From assembly GCA_029932675.1 (NCBI GenBank), contig JAOZPP010000005.1, forward strand, positions 12,423 to 76,422: DNA of 64,000 nucleotides, given 5' to 3'. The translations under genes were made by a program, and so were the position numbers. Within the stretch, counting starts at the first letter, position 1. Every line of letters begins with the position of its first letter. This stretch comes from a bacterium (GTDB lineage: Bacteria > SM23-81 > DAOVCL01). The notes beneath the pieces were generated by a model. That model ran no database searches. It worked only from the letters and a program-made list of their open reading frames with translations, and was not told the origin of the DNA. Shown here piece by piece: positions 36,797 to 47,616 of the stretch.

Positions 36797-37548
36797 GAGG
36801 TATAAGTGGGTGAAAAACCTCTTATTCCACAGGTGGGTTTCCTTGACTAATGGGTTAAGCTGCTTATCTCCTCGGTCAGTTTGTTGCCAGTATGTCCCTC
36901 TCCTATCATAGGGGTAGCCCTGTTTTTAAAGGAAAGGTAAGGATAGACTGTATTATCTCTCGGAATCTGCCAAAAGGTTCCGAGTTTTTTTATTGTTGGG
37001 AATTTAAATCGACTAATATTTAAGTTAATGCCAAAGCCAATGGAGTAGACTTTCTTTATTTTATATCCTTGATTCTAAATGGGGAGTTTTTAATTTTGGG
37101 GACTGTTAAGTTAGCTGGTGCTGTTTTTTCCTTTGTGAGAATTTTAGCCAATCAATTCTTGATGTTTCAATCCCTGATAGAGAAAGGGGGCAGTGACCAT
37201 TGCAGGGTGAATAGTTGCACCTGTGAAAGATATAAATCGATAAGCATAGAACCAGAGTTTCAGGAAAATATAGGTATTTTGAGGGTTTTTAAACCCCCTG
37301 CATTTGAGCAAGTTTTCTATCCAGTGCTTTGATGACATTTTCTACTCTATTGGTATCTCTCAGCAAGTCTGGGAGAAAGAAAGAGGTTGTCAATAGCTTG
37401 AAGTTCCTCCGCAGCGATCTGATAGTCTCTTCTAATGAATCGACAAGTCAATATTTTTCTCTAAGTATAAGAGATTAAAAAGGAAATCACAAGAAGTAGT
37501 AACAGTTAACTTAACAGTCCCTAATTTTGAAAAAAAATTAAAAAAAAT

Positions 37549-37583
37549 CCTTGACAGTCCTAAAGAGAGGTATTAATATAGCT
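37549..37583 (+). promoter_or_regulatory. Near-consensus sigma-70 promoter for the TBDT/T9SS-cargo block
   Basis: TTGACA - 17 nt - TAATAT (ccTTGACAgtcctaaagagaggtatTAATATagc), about 55 nt upstream of the ATG at 37639 with the AAGGAGGGAG ribosome-binding site. Confidence 0.6.
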
Positions 37584-37638
37584 TGTCCAATTAAGGATTC
37601 TCTATGGATGAGAGGACTAAAGAAAGGAGGGAGAAGAG

Positions 37639-40578
37639 ATGATTAGAATAAAAAGCATAGTTATCTTTGTAGGTGTTTTTATTCCCTTAGTTCTTGCCGT
37701 TTCCCTTTGGGCGGGAACCACGGGCAAGATAGTGGGAACGGTGAGGGATAAAGACACCGGTGCCTCTCTGCCTGGGGTGAATATCGTAATCAGGGGGACG
37801 ACGATGGGTGCGGCCACTAATTTAAAGGGAGAGTACTTTATCATCAATGTGCGGGCTGGCACCTATACTTTGGAAGCTACAATGGTTGGTTATAAAAAGA
37901 TGGTTGTCTCGAATGTGAAGGTATCAGCCGATCTAACTACTACTGTGAACTTTGAGCTTGAACCTACAGTGCTGGAGTTGGGGGAAGTTGTGGAGGTGAC
38001 TGCGGAGAGGAAAATCGTTAGAAAGGATGTGACCTCTTCACAGAGGATAGTTGGCGGGCGGGAGATTCAGGAGATGCCAGTAAGCGATTTTGATGATGTG
38101 GTTGTTCAGCAAGTTGGTGTAGTAGAGACGAACTTAGGGTTATCTGGTGGGGTGCATATCCGTGGCGGTAGAGAAAATGAAACGGCCTATATTGTTGATG
38201 GAGTATATACTAATGATCCATTTACTTCTCAGAGAGGGATATGGCTTGATAACAATGCAATTTCTGAGATGTCAGTTACTACAGGGGGGTTTGATGCTGA
38301 ATATGGGCAGGCTATGTCAGGGGTGGTTAATGTGGTAACTCCAGAGGCGGGAAGGGATTATGGTGGAATGCTGGAGTATACTACAGATAGGCCTCTGAAC
38401 GGTACTGATTATGACAATGACTATGACAATACCTATTTTAGCTTTGGTGGCCCCATACCTTGGTCCCATAGTAAGGCTGGGTTTTTCCTCTCTGGAGCTT
38501 ATTTGGATGTGGGGAACCGGAATCCAATGATCCTGCCCACACCCCGAAATGATGAAATTCACCCCAGTGGGACAGCTAAGATTACTATTAGACCGACTAA
38601 GGCGATTAAGTTAACCCTTAACGGTAACTGGTCCAGACGGAAGTATCATGCTTACTCCACTCAGCAACACCACCGTTCACGTGGGAAATGGTTATATGAG
38701 TGTCCTCTTTACAGGAGGGGAAACAGTCAGGTTAATTTGAAGTTCAACCATACTTTAAGTAAGAATACCTTCTATACAATTAATATGGGGAGATTTAACA
38801 CTTACACCAAATATAGTGCACAAAACGGAAGACATTACCACGATTTTCGGGCGATTGGCCCTGGCCTTAAATGGATGAGTGACCCGATAAAGTATGGCTG
38901 GTATGATCAGGAGTGGGGTACTTGGTTGGAAGGTCTAAACCCAGATTCGGTTTGGTTGGACTATTATAAAAAAGAGATGTATTATTACCAAGATTCGAGT
39001 GGCACCTGGAGGTGGGTCAGTCCTGAACTCCACGCGGAGGCCTTAAATGATCGCTGGTTTGATACGGGTCATTGGATTGTGGACTATTCTGCTCCGGAGT
39101 CGGTGAGGTATGTGCCATTTGATCTGGATGCCTATTTGGAAGATGTGGCCAATTCACCAAATCACCAAAGCGACCTATATCAGGGTGATATAGACAGGTG
39201 GGCTTATCCTTATCCCCGTGATGAGTACCAACAGTTTATATATAACTTCTTCCCAAGATGGCATGATAGAAGGAGTACACATCATTTTTTGGACTTTAAA
39301 TTGGAGAGTCAAGTAGATAAGTACAATTACTTGAAATTTGGGGTTAATGTGAGGAAATATGATTTGGAATTCACTGACATCCAATTTTCCAATTCACGTC
39401 CTTACTCCGATCACTACCACAAAAAACCTTTAGAATTTGCTATTTACTTGCAAGATAAAGTGGAATTCGAGGATCTGGTTTTCAAACCAGGCCTTAGGCT
39501 GGATTACTTCGACCCTGCTTCTCAGCGATACAAAGATTACACCAATGTGGAGCTGGGCAAAGAGGAGGCCAAATCCAGGGTTCAGATAAGTCCCAGAGTA
39601 GGAATTTCCTTCGCTGTAGGCGACAAAACGGTCTTGTATTGTAGCTATGGACACTTCTTTCAGATACCAGATCTAAGTGAGATATATATGGATCTTAACG
39701 CTGATCTAGCCACAGGTTATCCTCTGATTGGAGACCCAGGTTTGCCCCCTAAAAAGACGATTTCCTATGAGATTGGTTTGAAACACGCCTTTACTCCAGA
39801 TGTAAGGGGTGATATCACTGCCTATTATAAGGACGTTCCAGTGCTTTTATCCAGCGAACAGGTGGATACGTATCTGGAAAGGGTTGGTATGCCCGTGCAA
39901 TACACCCGAATGACAACGAATGATTTTGCCACTATTAAGGGGATAGATGTGAGTTTAAGTAAGAGGAGAGGTATATTTACAGGGAAGTTAACTTATTCCT
40001 ACTTGAGTGCTAAGGGGAGCGGTTCTAATGGAAGGGAGTTCTACTACTATTATATGGTGGAAGGCGAACCACGTCCCAAAAGAGAATATCCGTTGGAGTT
40101 TGATATCAATCATACGATTAAGGCGAGCCTGAATATGTATCTAAAAAAGGGATATGGTCCTGCTCTTTGGGGGTTTAAACCTCTCTCTGATTTGAATGCC
40201 AATCTTCAGTTTACCTTCATGTCAGGGGCACCTTATACACCCGTGAATGAGAAGGGCAAGCCAATGGAGATGGGTTCCAAGAAGATGCCCTCATTTCAGA
40301 AAACCGATTTGAAAGTGGAGAAGGGATTTGGATTGGGCGGCAAATATGAATGTAGCTTTTTTATAGATGTGAGGAATCTCTTTGATGTGGAAAACGTTGT
40401 GAACATTTATCGCTCCACAGGTAAACCAGATGATGATTCATATAAGCCTACAAGGGAAAGTTTCTCTTCGGAGGAGGAGTGGAAGAAGGCCGTAGAAGAT
40501 TGGTATAAGTATGTCAAGAATCCCAACAATTATGGGGAGCCTCGAATTATCAAATTGGGATTGAGGTTATCCTTTTAA
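37639..40578 (+). CDS. Large TonB-dependent receptor-like outer-membrane protein (CarboxypepD_reg-like N-domain + plug + barrel, 979 aa)
   Basis: Signal peptide, then GKIVGTVRDKDTGASLPGVNIVIRGT...YTLEATMVGY, then a plug (HIRGGRENETAYIVDGVYTNDPF). It ends in the aromatic residue ...LGLRLSF. Confidence 0.85.
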   Translation: MIRIKSIVIFVGVFIPLVLAVSLWAGTTGKIVGTVRDKDTGASLPGVNIVIRGTTMGAATNLKGEYFIINVRAGTYTLEATMVGYKKMVVSNVKVSADLTTTVNFELEPTVLELGEVVEVTAERKIVRKDVTSSQRIVGGREIQEMPVSDFDDVVVQQVGVVETNLGLSGGVHIRGGRENETAYIVDGVYTNDPFTSQRGIWLDNNAISEMSVTTGGFDAEYGQAMSGVVNVVTPEAGRDYGGMLEYTTDRPLNGTDYDNDYDNTYFSFGGPIPWSHSKAGFFLSGAYLDVGNRNPMILPTPRNDEIHPSGTAKITIRPTKAIKLTLNGNWSRRKYHAYSTQQHHRSRGKWLYECPLYRRGNSQVNLKFNHTLSKNTFYTINMGRFNTYTKYSAQNGRHYHDFRAIGPGLKWMSDPIKYGWYDQEWGTWLEGLNPDSVWLDYYKKEMYYYQDSSGTWRWVSPELHAEALNDRWFDTGHWIVDYSAPESVRYVPFDLDAYLEDVANSPNHQSDLYQGDIDRWAYPYPRDEYQQFIYNFFPRWHDRRSTHHFLDFKLESQVDKYNYLKFGVNVRKYDLEFTDIQFSNSRPYSDHYHKKPLEFAIYLQDKVEFEDLVFKPGLRLDYFDPASQRYKDYTNVELGKEEAKSRVQISPRVGISFAVGDKTVLYCSYGHFFQIPDLSEIYMDLNADLATGYPLIGDPGLPPKKTISYEIGLKHAFTPDVRGDITAYYKDVPVLLSSEQVDTYLERVGMPVQYTRMTTNDFATIKGIDVSLSKRRGIFTGKLTYSYLSAKGSGSNGREFYYYYMVEGEPRPKREYPLEFDINHTIKASLNMYLKKGYGPALWGFKPLSDLNANLQFTFMSGAPYTPVNEKGKPMEMGSKKMPSFQKTDLKVEKGFGLGGKYECSFFIDVRNLFDVENVVNIYRSTGKPDDDSYKPTRESFSSEEEWKKAVEDWYKYVKNPNNYGEPRIIKLGLRLSF

Positions 40579-40714
40579 AGAGCCGTTATCCTTCCTTCCC
40601 CAATAGGGGTATGGATCTGTTTTAACGGGCCCTCAACTCTGAAATTTCTTAGAGATGATTCCCAAATGGCCATTTATGTTCGGTTAAACTGTAAAATGCC
40701 ATAAGGAGGAGAAG

Positions 40715-43700
40715 ATGCATAATAGTATAATCAAAGTTAGTTTATTTACGCTTTTAGGGACTGTTACCCTGTTAGTGGGGAATCCTCATCCAGGGTGGGC
40801 ACGTTGGCAGGATGATTATTATCAAAAATATAAGGAGTTTTTGAGAACAAAGGGGGAAAACTCCGAGAGTAGTGGGTATTATAAGGTAGGTTTCACTACT
40901 GGTGAGATGCCGGACACCTCGATTGGTCCTACCTCACCGATGATTTCTTGGTTGGGGGTAGGTAAACTCTGTGCTATTACGGTAAGTAATACCGCCCAGG
41001 GGGGACTTTTTTCACCTCCAATTGGTTGGAGTGGATACAATGGGAGGTGGCCTACAGGTTACTTTTATGGGGAAGGATTTAATGGGGACTATCCTTGTGG
41101 GCAAAATCAATATTATAATTGGGGATGTGGGGTTTGGATTGGGGGGTTATATCCGAGGATCAATCCAGTCACACAGGAGACCACCTGGGTGCCTAGAGTT
41201 GTTACTGGGGGCTATTACTCTGATCTGTCGGCGATGAGCAAGCTATATGCAACCAATGAGGTGATACCAGCCGGTCAGGAAGGAGCGGGGGATAGGTTGT
41301 TTGCAGACCCCGGGACCACGCCAGCTAGCTATCAGTATCGTTGGGTTTTTGCCGATACTGAGGCTATAAATCCCCGCCGCCGAAAGAATTTTCCTGATCT
41401 GTATGACAGGTTTAGATTAGACCCGGCCAATGGGGATATGGTGGCTATAGAGGAGACTTGGTCTGTGGCGGGGGATTGGGTCTCCGAGGACGAGGCAAGA
41501 ACCCTTTTTACCTTTGGATATGATGGAGATCCACTTGGGGTCAAATTGATCCAGAGGACTTATGATTGGAACTATGGTTATAACGATGATTATATTTACA
41601 TCAACTACCGGATTGTGAATATGAACGAAGTTCCCATAGAGAGCGTTTATGTCGGTTATTTTATGGACAATGACATTGGTGCTTTGGGGATAGAGGCTGC
41701 AGAAGGTAGTAACGACGATTTGGTGGGTTTTGATAAAGAGCTTAACCTGGGTTATACCTATGATTCGAACTTAGGTGAGCCCGGTTGGAAGACACCAGCA
41801 GGCTATATTGGATGTGTCTTCGTGGAAACGCCACGCAGGCCAGATGGGGAACAGATTGGTTTGACTGGTTTTCAGACCTGGACCAGAGAAGGTCCTGAGG
41901 GAAGAACTGTCGATGATCTGGAGGCGGATTGGGCAAAATATGCCGAATTGGATGGCCGTTATTCTAAGACTAAGGAGTGTTATGATCCCGATACTGCCCG
42001 CTTTGAGGTTTTCCAGAAACCTCAGGATGTGCGTCATCTTTCTGCTTCAGGGCCTTATTATCGATTAGAACCTGGGGAGGAGATTTCCTTTACTATTGCC
42101 ATTGTGATGGGGATGAGTTTATCGGAATTGAAGGAAAATACTCTCCAGGCGGTAAAACAGTTTGAGATGGGGTATATTGGTACAGCTCCTCCTCCTCCTC
42201 CTCATTTGACGGTCACTCCTGGTGATCAGAAGGTCTTTCTATCCTGGGATAATTACCCAGAAGATAAGGAGGATATAATTACTGGGGAGAAGGACTTTGA
42301 GGGATACAGAGTTTATAAAAGCACAACTGGTGTTGAAGGTGATTGGACGCTTTTGGCCGACTATGATATTAACTCCGATAGCTTAGGAACCCCAGGTACT
42401 GCAGACAGCACCGGAAATGTAGTTATAGTGAAGTATAAGAGAGGAACTTCTAAACTCAGATTTGGAGCAGGTGGTTTTTACCCACCCATGCTGCCATATT
42501 TTTCGGGCAATGAATATGCTATTGAGTTCCTGACCGATGATTATTTTCAGGTTGAGAATGTGTCCAAGCAGATAACCTATAAATGCAGAAAGCAGTATAA
42601 AGGAGGAGATTATTTTGCAGTTTTGCACGCTGACACAGTGGTAGAGGGGAGCGGTGACACTTTGATTTTTCCGGATACCACCAATTTTTACGATCCGGAT
42701 TTCTCTAATTATCCTCACTCCCTTTTTCATGCTCAATATCATCCGGGGGCTTTTATCTATATGGATGGGTTCTATGTCTATATAGCCAATGGTAAACCCA
42801 GCCCAGATGATCCACCATTGACTAAATATGAACCTCAAAAAGGGGACCTTTTTCGCATCGTTACCAAGGTCAGCACTGATATCGGCCCCCAAAATGGGCT
42901 TCAATATCATTATGTTGATGATGAGGGATTAATCAATGGGATGCCTTATTACTATGCGGTCACCTCATACGATAAAGGTTACCCAGGGATGGAGTTGGAA
43001 CCTTTAGAGAGTGCTAAGATTAAACATTTGGTTATTCCCAGGGCTACTCCTGCTGATGAATATGGTCCATCGGCCAGCTCAATTTCCCATGTCTGGGGTG
43101 TTTGCGAGGGGGAAGTAAGGGTTGAGATTACTAATCCGGAGAAGTTGCAATCTGGAAATTATGAGGTGACTTTCTACCCTGACACTGGCGTCTATGTGCC
43201 AGCTAGTGGGTGGAATCTAACAAATATTACCGATCCTTCTAATCCGGTTCCAGTTTTACAAAACAAGGGGTTGTATGTTAACCCCTTTACCCATCAGAAG
43301 TACGCCAGCTGTGATACCCTAGGGTTCCATATTTCGATAGTTGGACCCGACCGGAATATGGTGATTCCAGACACCTTAATCGATCTGGTTGAGGGAGATA
43401 CTACTATCTATGCAGGGGAATGGAACAATGAATGTTCTTTCAACTTTATTCTCCAAGGGGATCAAGGGGTTGGGCCTTATACTTACGAAATTACCTTTCC
43501 TGATAGCGGATGTATAGATGTGGCTGCTGATTCAATAGTTCCCTGGTGTGTAAGAAATAAAACCTTGGATGAACCGTGCCCTACCTATTATACGGGAAGG
43601 AATGATAATACGATACGTATATTGAAAAGGGATTACAGCGATTTTGGTGATGTCGCTATAGAGATGATTCCAGATTTTCTGCATTTCAAAGACCCAGTTT

Positions 43701-44155
43701 TGGATACCATATTTGGGGTTTATCCGGACAGCAGCGATCCTCCAACTCCTAATGATATCTATACCATTAGAACCCGTAAGACCTTTGCTGGGGGTAGCAA
43801 GGGAGATGTGTTCAGGTTTAGCATTAGGTCTCTAAAGGAGAAAAAACCTGCTTACAATTTGGAGAGGATAAGGGTAGTTCCTAATCCCTACTATATGAAG
43901 GCTGCCTGGGATACGGACAAATACCATCGGAAAATTATGTTTACTCACCTTCCTGCGAAATGCACTATTCGAATTTTCACCGTATCTGGGCTTCTGATCC
44001 GCACCATTAAACACGAAAGCGAAAGTGGTAATGGAGATGAGTTTTGGAATATGACTACAGATGAAAATTTGGATATTATGAGTGGTTTATACATCTACCA
44101 AGTCAAAGCAGAGGATGGGAAAACCAAAGTGGGTAAATTTGCCATTATTCGCTAA
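40715..44155 (+). CDS. Very large secreted protein (1146 aa) with T9SS-type C-terminal sorting domain; function unknown
   Basis: Signal peptide MHNSIIKVSLFTLLGTVTLLVGNPHPGWA. C-terminus RVVPNPYYMKAAWD...CTIRIFTVSGLLIRTI...SGLYIYQVKAEDGKTKVGKFAIIR resembles a Por CTD variant. No catalytic motif was recognised. Confidence 0.7.
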   Translation: MHNSIIKVSLFTLLGTVTLLVGNPHPGWARWQDDYYQKYKEFLRTKGENSESSGYYKVGFTTGEMPDTSIGPTSPMISWLGVGKLCAITVSNTAQGGLFSPPIGWSGYNGRWPTGYFYGEGFNGDYPCGQNQYYNWGCGVWIGGLYPRINPVTQETTWVPRVVTGGYYSDLSAMSKLYATNEVIPAGQEGAGDRLFADPGTTPASYQYRWVFADTEAINPRRRKNFPDLYDRFRLDPANGDMVAIEETWSVAGDWVSEDEARTLFTFGYDGDPLGVKLIQRTYDWNYGYNDDYIYINYRIVNMNEVPIESVYVGYFMDNDIGALGIEAAEGSNDDLVGFDKELNLGYTYDSNLGEPGWKTPAGYIGCVFVETPRRPDGEQIGLTGFQTWTREGPEGRTVDDLEADWAKYAELDGRYSKTKECYDPDTARFEVFQKPQDVRHLSASGPYYRLEPGEEISFTIAIVMGMSLSELKENTLQAVKQFEMGYIGTAPPPPPHLTVTPGDQKVFLSWDNYPEDKEDIITGEKDFEGYRVYKSTTGVEGDWTLLADYDINSDSLGTPGTADSTGNVVIVKYKRGTSKLRFGAGGFYPPMLPYFSGNEYAIEFLTDDYFQVENVSKQITYKCRKQYKGGDYFAVLHADTVVEGSGDTLIFPDTTNFYDPDFSNYPHSLFHAQYHPGAFIYMDGFYVYIANGKPSPDDPPLTKYEPQKGDLFRIVTKVSTDIGPQNGLQYHYVDDEGLINGMPYYYAVTSYDKGYPGMELEPLESAKIKHLVIPRATPADEYGPSASSISHVWGVCEGEVRVEITNPEKLQSGNYEVTFYPDTGVYVPASGWNLTNITDPSNPVPVLQNKGLYVNPFTHQKYASCDTLGFHISIVGPDRNMVIPDTLIDLVEGDTTIYAGEWNNECSFNFILQGDQGVGPYTYEITFPDSGCIDVAADSIVPWCVRNKTLDEPCPTYYTGRNDNTIRILKRDYSDFGDVAIEMIPDFLHFKDPVLDTIFGVYPDSSDPPTPNDIYTIRTRKTFAGGSKGDVFRFSIRSLKEKKPAYNLERIRVVPNPYYMKAAWDTDKYHRKIMFTHLPAKCTIRIFTVSGLLIRTIKHESESGNGDEFWNMTTDENLDIMSGLYIYQVKAEDGKTKVGKFAIIR

Positions 44156-44187
44156 TCTTTGATCTTAACAAAATAGGAGGTGGGGTC

Positions 44188-45159
44188 ATGAAAAGAATGT
44201 TGGCTTTTATACTCTTTTTGCTTTTTGTTCAAGTCTTCATCCCCCAGGTCTCAAAGGCCAGATTAGGGGGGGCAGGTGTGGGGTTCCTCAATTTGGGGGG
44301 GGGGAGTAGGGGTATAGCTTTAGGGGGAGCGTACAGTGCTCCAGCAGAAGGGTTAGAGGCTATCTATTGGAATCCTGCGGGATTGGCCTATATGGAGAGG
44401 ACGAGTGTCTCTTTCACCCATGGTCAACTTTACGCCGATCTCAAAAATGAGAATGTCGCTTTTGCTATGCCCTTGGGAGGAGGTGTATTGGGATTTAGTG
44501 GATATGCCCTTCTATCTGGAAAGATAGAGAAGACCACCATAGAAGATCAGGACGGCACAGGGGAATTTTATACCGCTAATGATTTCGCCGGTGGCATATC
44601 TTACGCCCGTATGATGACCGACAAATTCGCTTTTGGTTTAACAGTCAAACTAATTGACGCAAATATAGACAAATGTTCAGCTATTGCTTGGGCCTTTGAT
44701 ATAGGGGGGACCTATAACACCGGTTTTAGGAATTTGCGGTTGGGATTCGTTATACGCAATTTTGGGCCAGATACCCATTATGAGGGGGAGAATTTGCAAT
44801 ATCTCGAAAACGAGTATTTGAAGGCTACTTACCGTTCCGATCCCTTCCCCTTGCCAATGAGCTTTCAAATGGGCTTTGCCTATGATGTTATTAACTCTAA
44901 GGATAACAAAATAACTGCGCTTGTCGATTTAGTTCATCCGATTGATCAGGACGAAACGATTGCTGGGGGGATCGAATATTGGTTGAGGGACACATATGCC
45001 TTAAGGGTAGGTTATTCTGAAGAAAACAATAGAGGATTGCGTGGGGGGGTGGGAGTGAAACTCTCTTTGGGGACGATCAAAACAAATATCGATTACAGCT
45101 ATGAGTTTCATCAATATCTTGATGGGATTCAACGTTTTACAATTGAGTTTACATATTGA
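44188..45159 (+). CDS. Outer-membrane beta-barrel protein, PorV / UPF0164 (FadL-like) family-like
   Basis: Signal peptide, then GIALGGAYSAPAEGLEAIYWNPAGLA (the hallmark N-terminal motif of the UPF0164/PorV-type barrels). It ends ...FTIEFTY, aromatic, and lies between two T9SS cargo genes. Confidence 0.5.
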   Translation: MKRMLAFILFLLFVQVFIPQVSKARLGGAGVGFLNLGGGSRGIALGGAYSAPAEGLEAIYWNPAGLAYMERTSVSFTHGQLYADLKNENVAFAMPLGGGVLGFSGYALLSGKIEKTTIEDQDGTGEFYTANDFAGGISYARMMTDKFAFGLTVKLIDANIDKCSAIAWAFDIGGTYNTGFRNLRLGFVIRNFGPDTHYEGENLQYLENEYLKATYRSDPFPLPMSFQMGFAYDVINSKDNKITALVDLVHPIDQDETIAGGIEYWLRDTYALRVGYSEENNRGLRGGVGVKLSLGTIKTNIDYSYEFHQYLDGIQRFTIEFTY

Positions 45160-45271
45160 AAGGATTTGATGGCACACTAACTAACAATTGAGGTTTAAGG
45201 TGAAATGGGGAAGGAGGTGATGTTTATTGGAAAGAAAGTATAGATAGTATATGGTGCTTATAACCTTTTGA

Positions 45272-47596
45272 ATGAAATATAAGGAGGGTAAGGAAATGAA
45301 GAAAGGCATGTTGTTTTTTAGTGTGGGAGTGGTGATTTTTATATTGGGTAATTACGTCTTTGCTGGAAATAACTTCCCGGGAAAGGGTGTGGCCCCTGTT
45401 CAGGGTTTACCATTCTTAGAAAAGCCAGGCCCCTTGGCTACAAAGCCCACTGTGTCATTATCCAAAGAGGGGGTGAAGAGCCTCTCCTTTGTGGATAGTC
45501 ATGGACAGCAGCATTGTATGGTCTTTGATCCATCGGGTAAGAGGAAAAGTGTGATCGATACTTTGAAGTGGTATGTGGGGGAACCTTATGATTGTAACGA
45601 CTATACAGGAGCCCTGGATACTAGTTTTATCTGGTTCTATCCAGCAGCTCGCTGTTCCCTTTTGGAAGTGTGGGGTAACTTTCACGACCGGGCTGTAGAG
45701 GGTAGCCAGAAGATTTCCATCGCTGGCCTATGCTTTGAGGAACGGGGGGATGCTTGCACTGATACTTGTTGTCCCATGTGGATTCATGTATCCGAGGATG
45801 AGAGTGATACTTTTGCCATCTCCCTCACGGATAACCTATTACCGTGGGAGCTTCTCTGGTCTGTAAACGGTGGTGATACTTGGTCCAAGAAGGACTTTAC
45901 TGAATACCCTCCTGGGTTTGTTCTCGAATTGCCTCCAGATACTGCCTTCTTTGTGATATTGAGGGCCAGCTCTGGCGGTGGGCAACCTCACATCAATTGG
46001 GATGACTGTAATGGTTTCACCAGGCAGTGTGAGCCCCGATGTGCCCACTGGTATTTTACCTATCAGCACGCAACCCATGGAAGTCGTTATTGTCCAGGGG
46101 TCTCTTGTCAATCCCACTACTATGTCTATTATGCAACTGAACCATGGAGTTATCCAGAGCTTCTGGTTAAGGCTGTAGTTAGCTACCAATCAGTTCCCCC
46201 TTTCATCGATTCCTTGACTCAGCTAATGGATAACTACTATCCGGAGGAGAGTTTTGAGGTTAAAGCGGGAATGAGGGATTTGGATGGAGAGGTTACCGAA
46301 GCTATCCTTCACTTTACAGTGAGAAACTCTGGTGATACCACCAACTTGTCTATGGACATTGTGCCTGATCCTCACTGTCCCACTGGATTTATAGGCACTG
46401 CTGACATCAGCGGTTCCTTCTCATTTTTGGATACTGTTGATTATTGGGTCACTTGTAAGGATAACGATGAGAAGGCGGGGATATGGCGTGGCCAGGGTGA
46501 CGGTGTTCAGTCCTTCGTCTTCCAAAAGCCAAACCTCAAAGCGGATATTTTCTTAGCCAATGATATGGGTGGGGACAGGGGTATCTATTATCGTGCACTT
46601 CTGGATAGCCTTGGTTATGAGTATGAATACTGGGATCTCACTAAGAGTCATGGGTTGGATGAAACTATATTAGGCTATGGGAGATGGAATACGGTGATAC
46701 TATTCGGTTGGGGTTGTAGCACATTGCCAGGAAAGGATCCCACCGGAAGTATGTGGGCCAATTTCTTGGACCAAGGTACCCTAGACACCACAAGGAACAT
46801 CCTCTATGTAGATCAGGACTACTTCTGTGTGCACGATGATAGTTTGGACTACCCTGATGGATGTGGCTTTGAGGGGAATTTAAGCGCGGGTGAGTTCTTA
46901 TACGACTATTTTGGGGTGGGTTGGGCCAAGAGCGATCCAGAGGAGCAGGACACCCTCTTTATTGGTTTAGATGCACAATTAGTGGGGTCTTATGTGGGGG
47001 AGATTTTCGCGCTGAATACGGACCACGTAGGGATAACTCCTTGGCCAGATTACACCAGGGCCAATAGTCAAGCCACTGATATCTTTCAAGCTGTTTATGG
47101 GGAAGAGCCATGTGGCACCAGATATAATGGTGGGAACTTCAAGACCGTTTTTCTTCCTTTCCCCTTTGAGGCCTTATGTGATTATGATACTCTAAACCAG
47201 GAACCTGTTCTTACCGATAAGGCCTTGACCGTGATGGATAGTATTCTGTCGTGGTTTGGGACTCGGGATTCAATCCCTGAAGGTATTCAGCAGCTCCCTG
47301 ATGGGGGAGAGTTGCCGAGGGTCTTTACCCTCTCCCAGAACTACCCCAATCCATTCAACCCAGTGACCAGCATAGAGTATACAGTTCCCAAATCTGCTGA
47401 GGTGAGCCTGAAGGTCTATAACGTTCTGGGCCAGGAGGTGAAGACCTTGGTGGACCTGCGGCAGAATGCAGGTAGGTATCGGGCCACTTGGAATGGGGAG
47501 GATAGTCACGGCCAGAAGGTCTCCAGCGGTATCTACTTCTATCAGTTGAAGGCGGGAGACGTCTCGTTAGTGCGCAGGATGATCCTCTTGAAGTAG
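45272..47596 (+). CDS. Cys-rich secreted protein (774 aa) with canonical T9SS C-terminal sorting domain
   Basis: Signal peptide (MKKGMLFFSVGVVIFILGNYVFA). Many Cys, including CC and CxxC pairs. C-terminus VFTLSQNYPNPFNPVTSIEYTV...VYNVLGQEVKTLVD...GIYFYQLKAGDVSLVRRMILLK. Confidence 0.8.
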   Translation: MKYKEGKEMKKGMLFFSVGVVIFILGNYVFAGNNFPGKGVAPVQGLPFLEKPGPLATKPTVSLSKEGVKSLSFVDSHGQQHCMVFDPSGKRKSVIDTLKWYVGEPYDCNDYTGALDTSFIWFYPAARCSLLEVWGNFHDRAVEGSQKISIAGLCFEERGDACTDTCCPMWIHVSEDESDTFAISLTDNLLPWELLWSVNGGDTWSKKDFTEYPPGFVLELPPDTAFFVILRASSGGGQPHINWDDCNGFTRQCEPRCAHWYFTYQHATHGSRYCPGVSCQSHYYVYYATEPWSYPELLVKAVVSYQSVPPFIDSLTQLMDNYYPEESFEVKAGMRDLDGEVTEAILHFTVRNSGDTTNLSMDIVPDPHCPTGFIGTADISGSFSFLDTVDYWVTCKDNDEKAGIWRGQGDGVQSFVFQKPNLKADIFLANDMGGDRGIYYRALLDSLGYEYEYWDLTKSHGLDETILGYGRWNTVILFGWGCSTLPGKDPTGSMWANFLDQGTLDTTRNILYVDQDYFCVHDDSLDYPDGCGFEGNLSAGEFLYDYFGVGWAKSDPEEQDTLFIGLDAQLVGSYVGEIFALNTDHVGITPWPDYTRANSQATDIFQAVYGEEPCGTRYNGGNFKTVFLPFPFEALCDYDTLNQEPVLTDKALTVMDSILSWFGTRDSIPEGIQQLPDGGELPRVFTLSQNYPNPFNPVTSIEYTVPKSAEVSLKVYNVLGQEVKTLVDLRQNAGRYRATWNGEDSHGQKVSSGIYFYQLKAGDVSLVRRMILLK

Positions 47597-47616
47597 GTCT
47601 TGTAATTTGGTAATGG

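Noticed and set aside
37069-37338. ORFs 37069..37332 (+) and 37144..37338 (-) in the AT-rich leader
   Set aside because: They overlap each other on opposite strands in a 35%-GC region, have no ribosome-binding site, and contain odd rare Cys/His runs. They are most likely non-coding.
8400-37640. Searched intergenic regions of the flagellar cluster for sigma-28 promoters (TAAA-N15-GCCGATAA)
   Set aside because: CCGATA occurrences (e.g. 30283, 36357, 34440 ATCGATAA) are inside coding sequence or lack a properly spaced TAAA -35 element, so there is no convincing sigma-28 promoter. Late genes (flagellin, flgKL) are simply not in this window.
44188-45159. Considered calling this gene PorP/SprF
   Set aside because: The PorP/SprF N-terminal signature (QQDP.F.QYM.N....NPA.AG) is absent. 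The GxALGGAY...AIYWNPAGLA motif fits the UPF0164/PorV-type FadL-like barrels better. The family assignment remains tentative.
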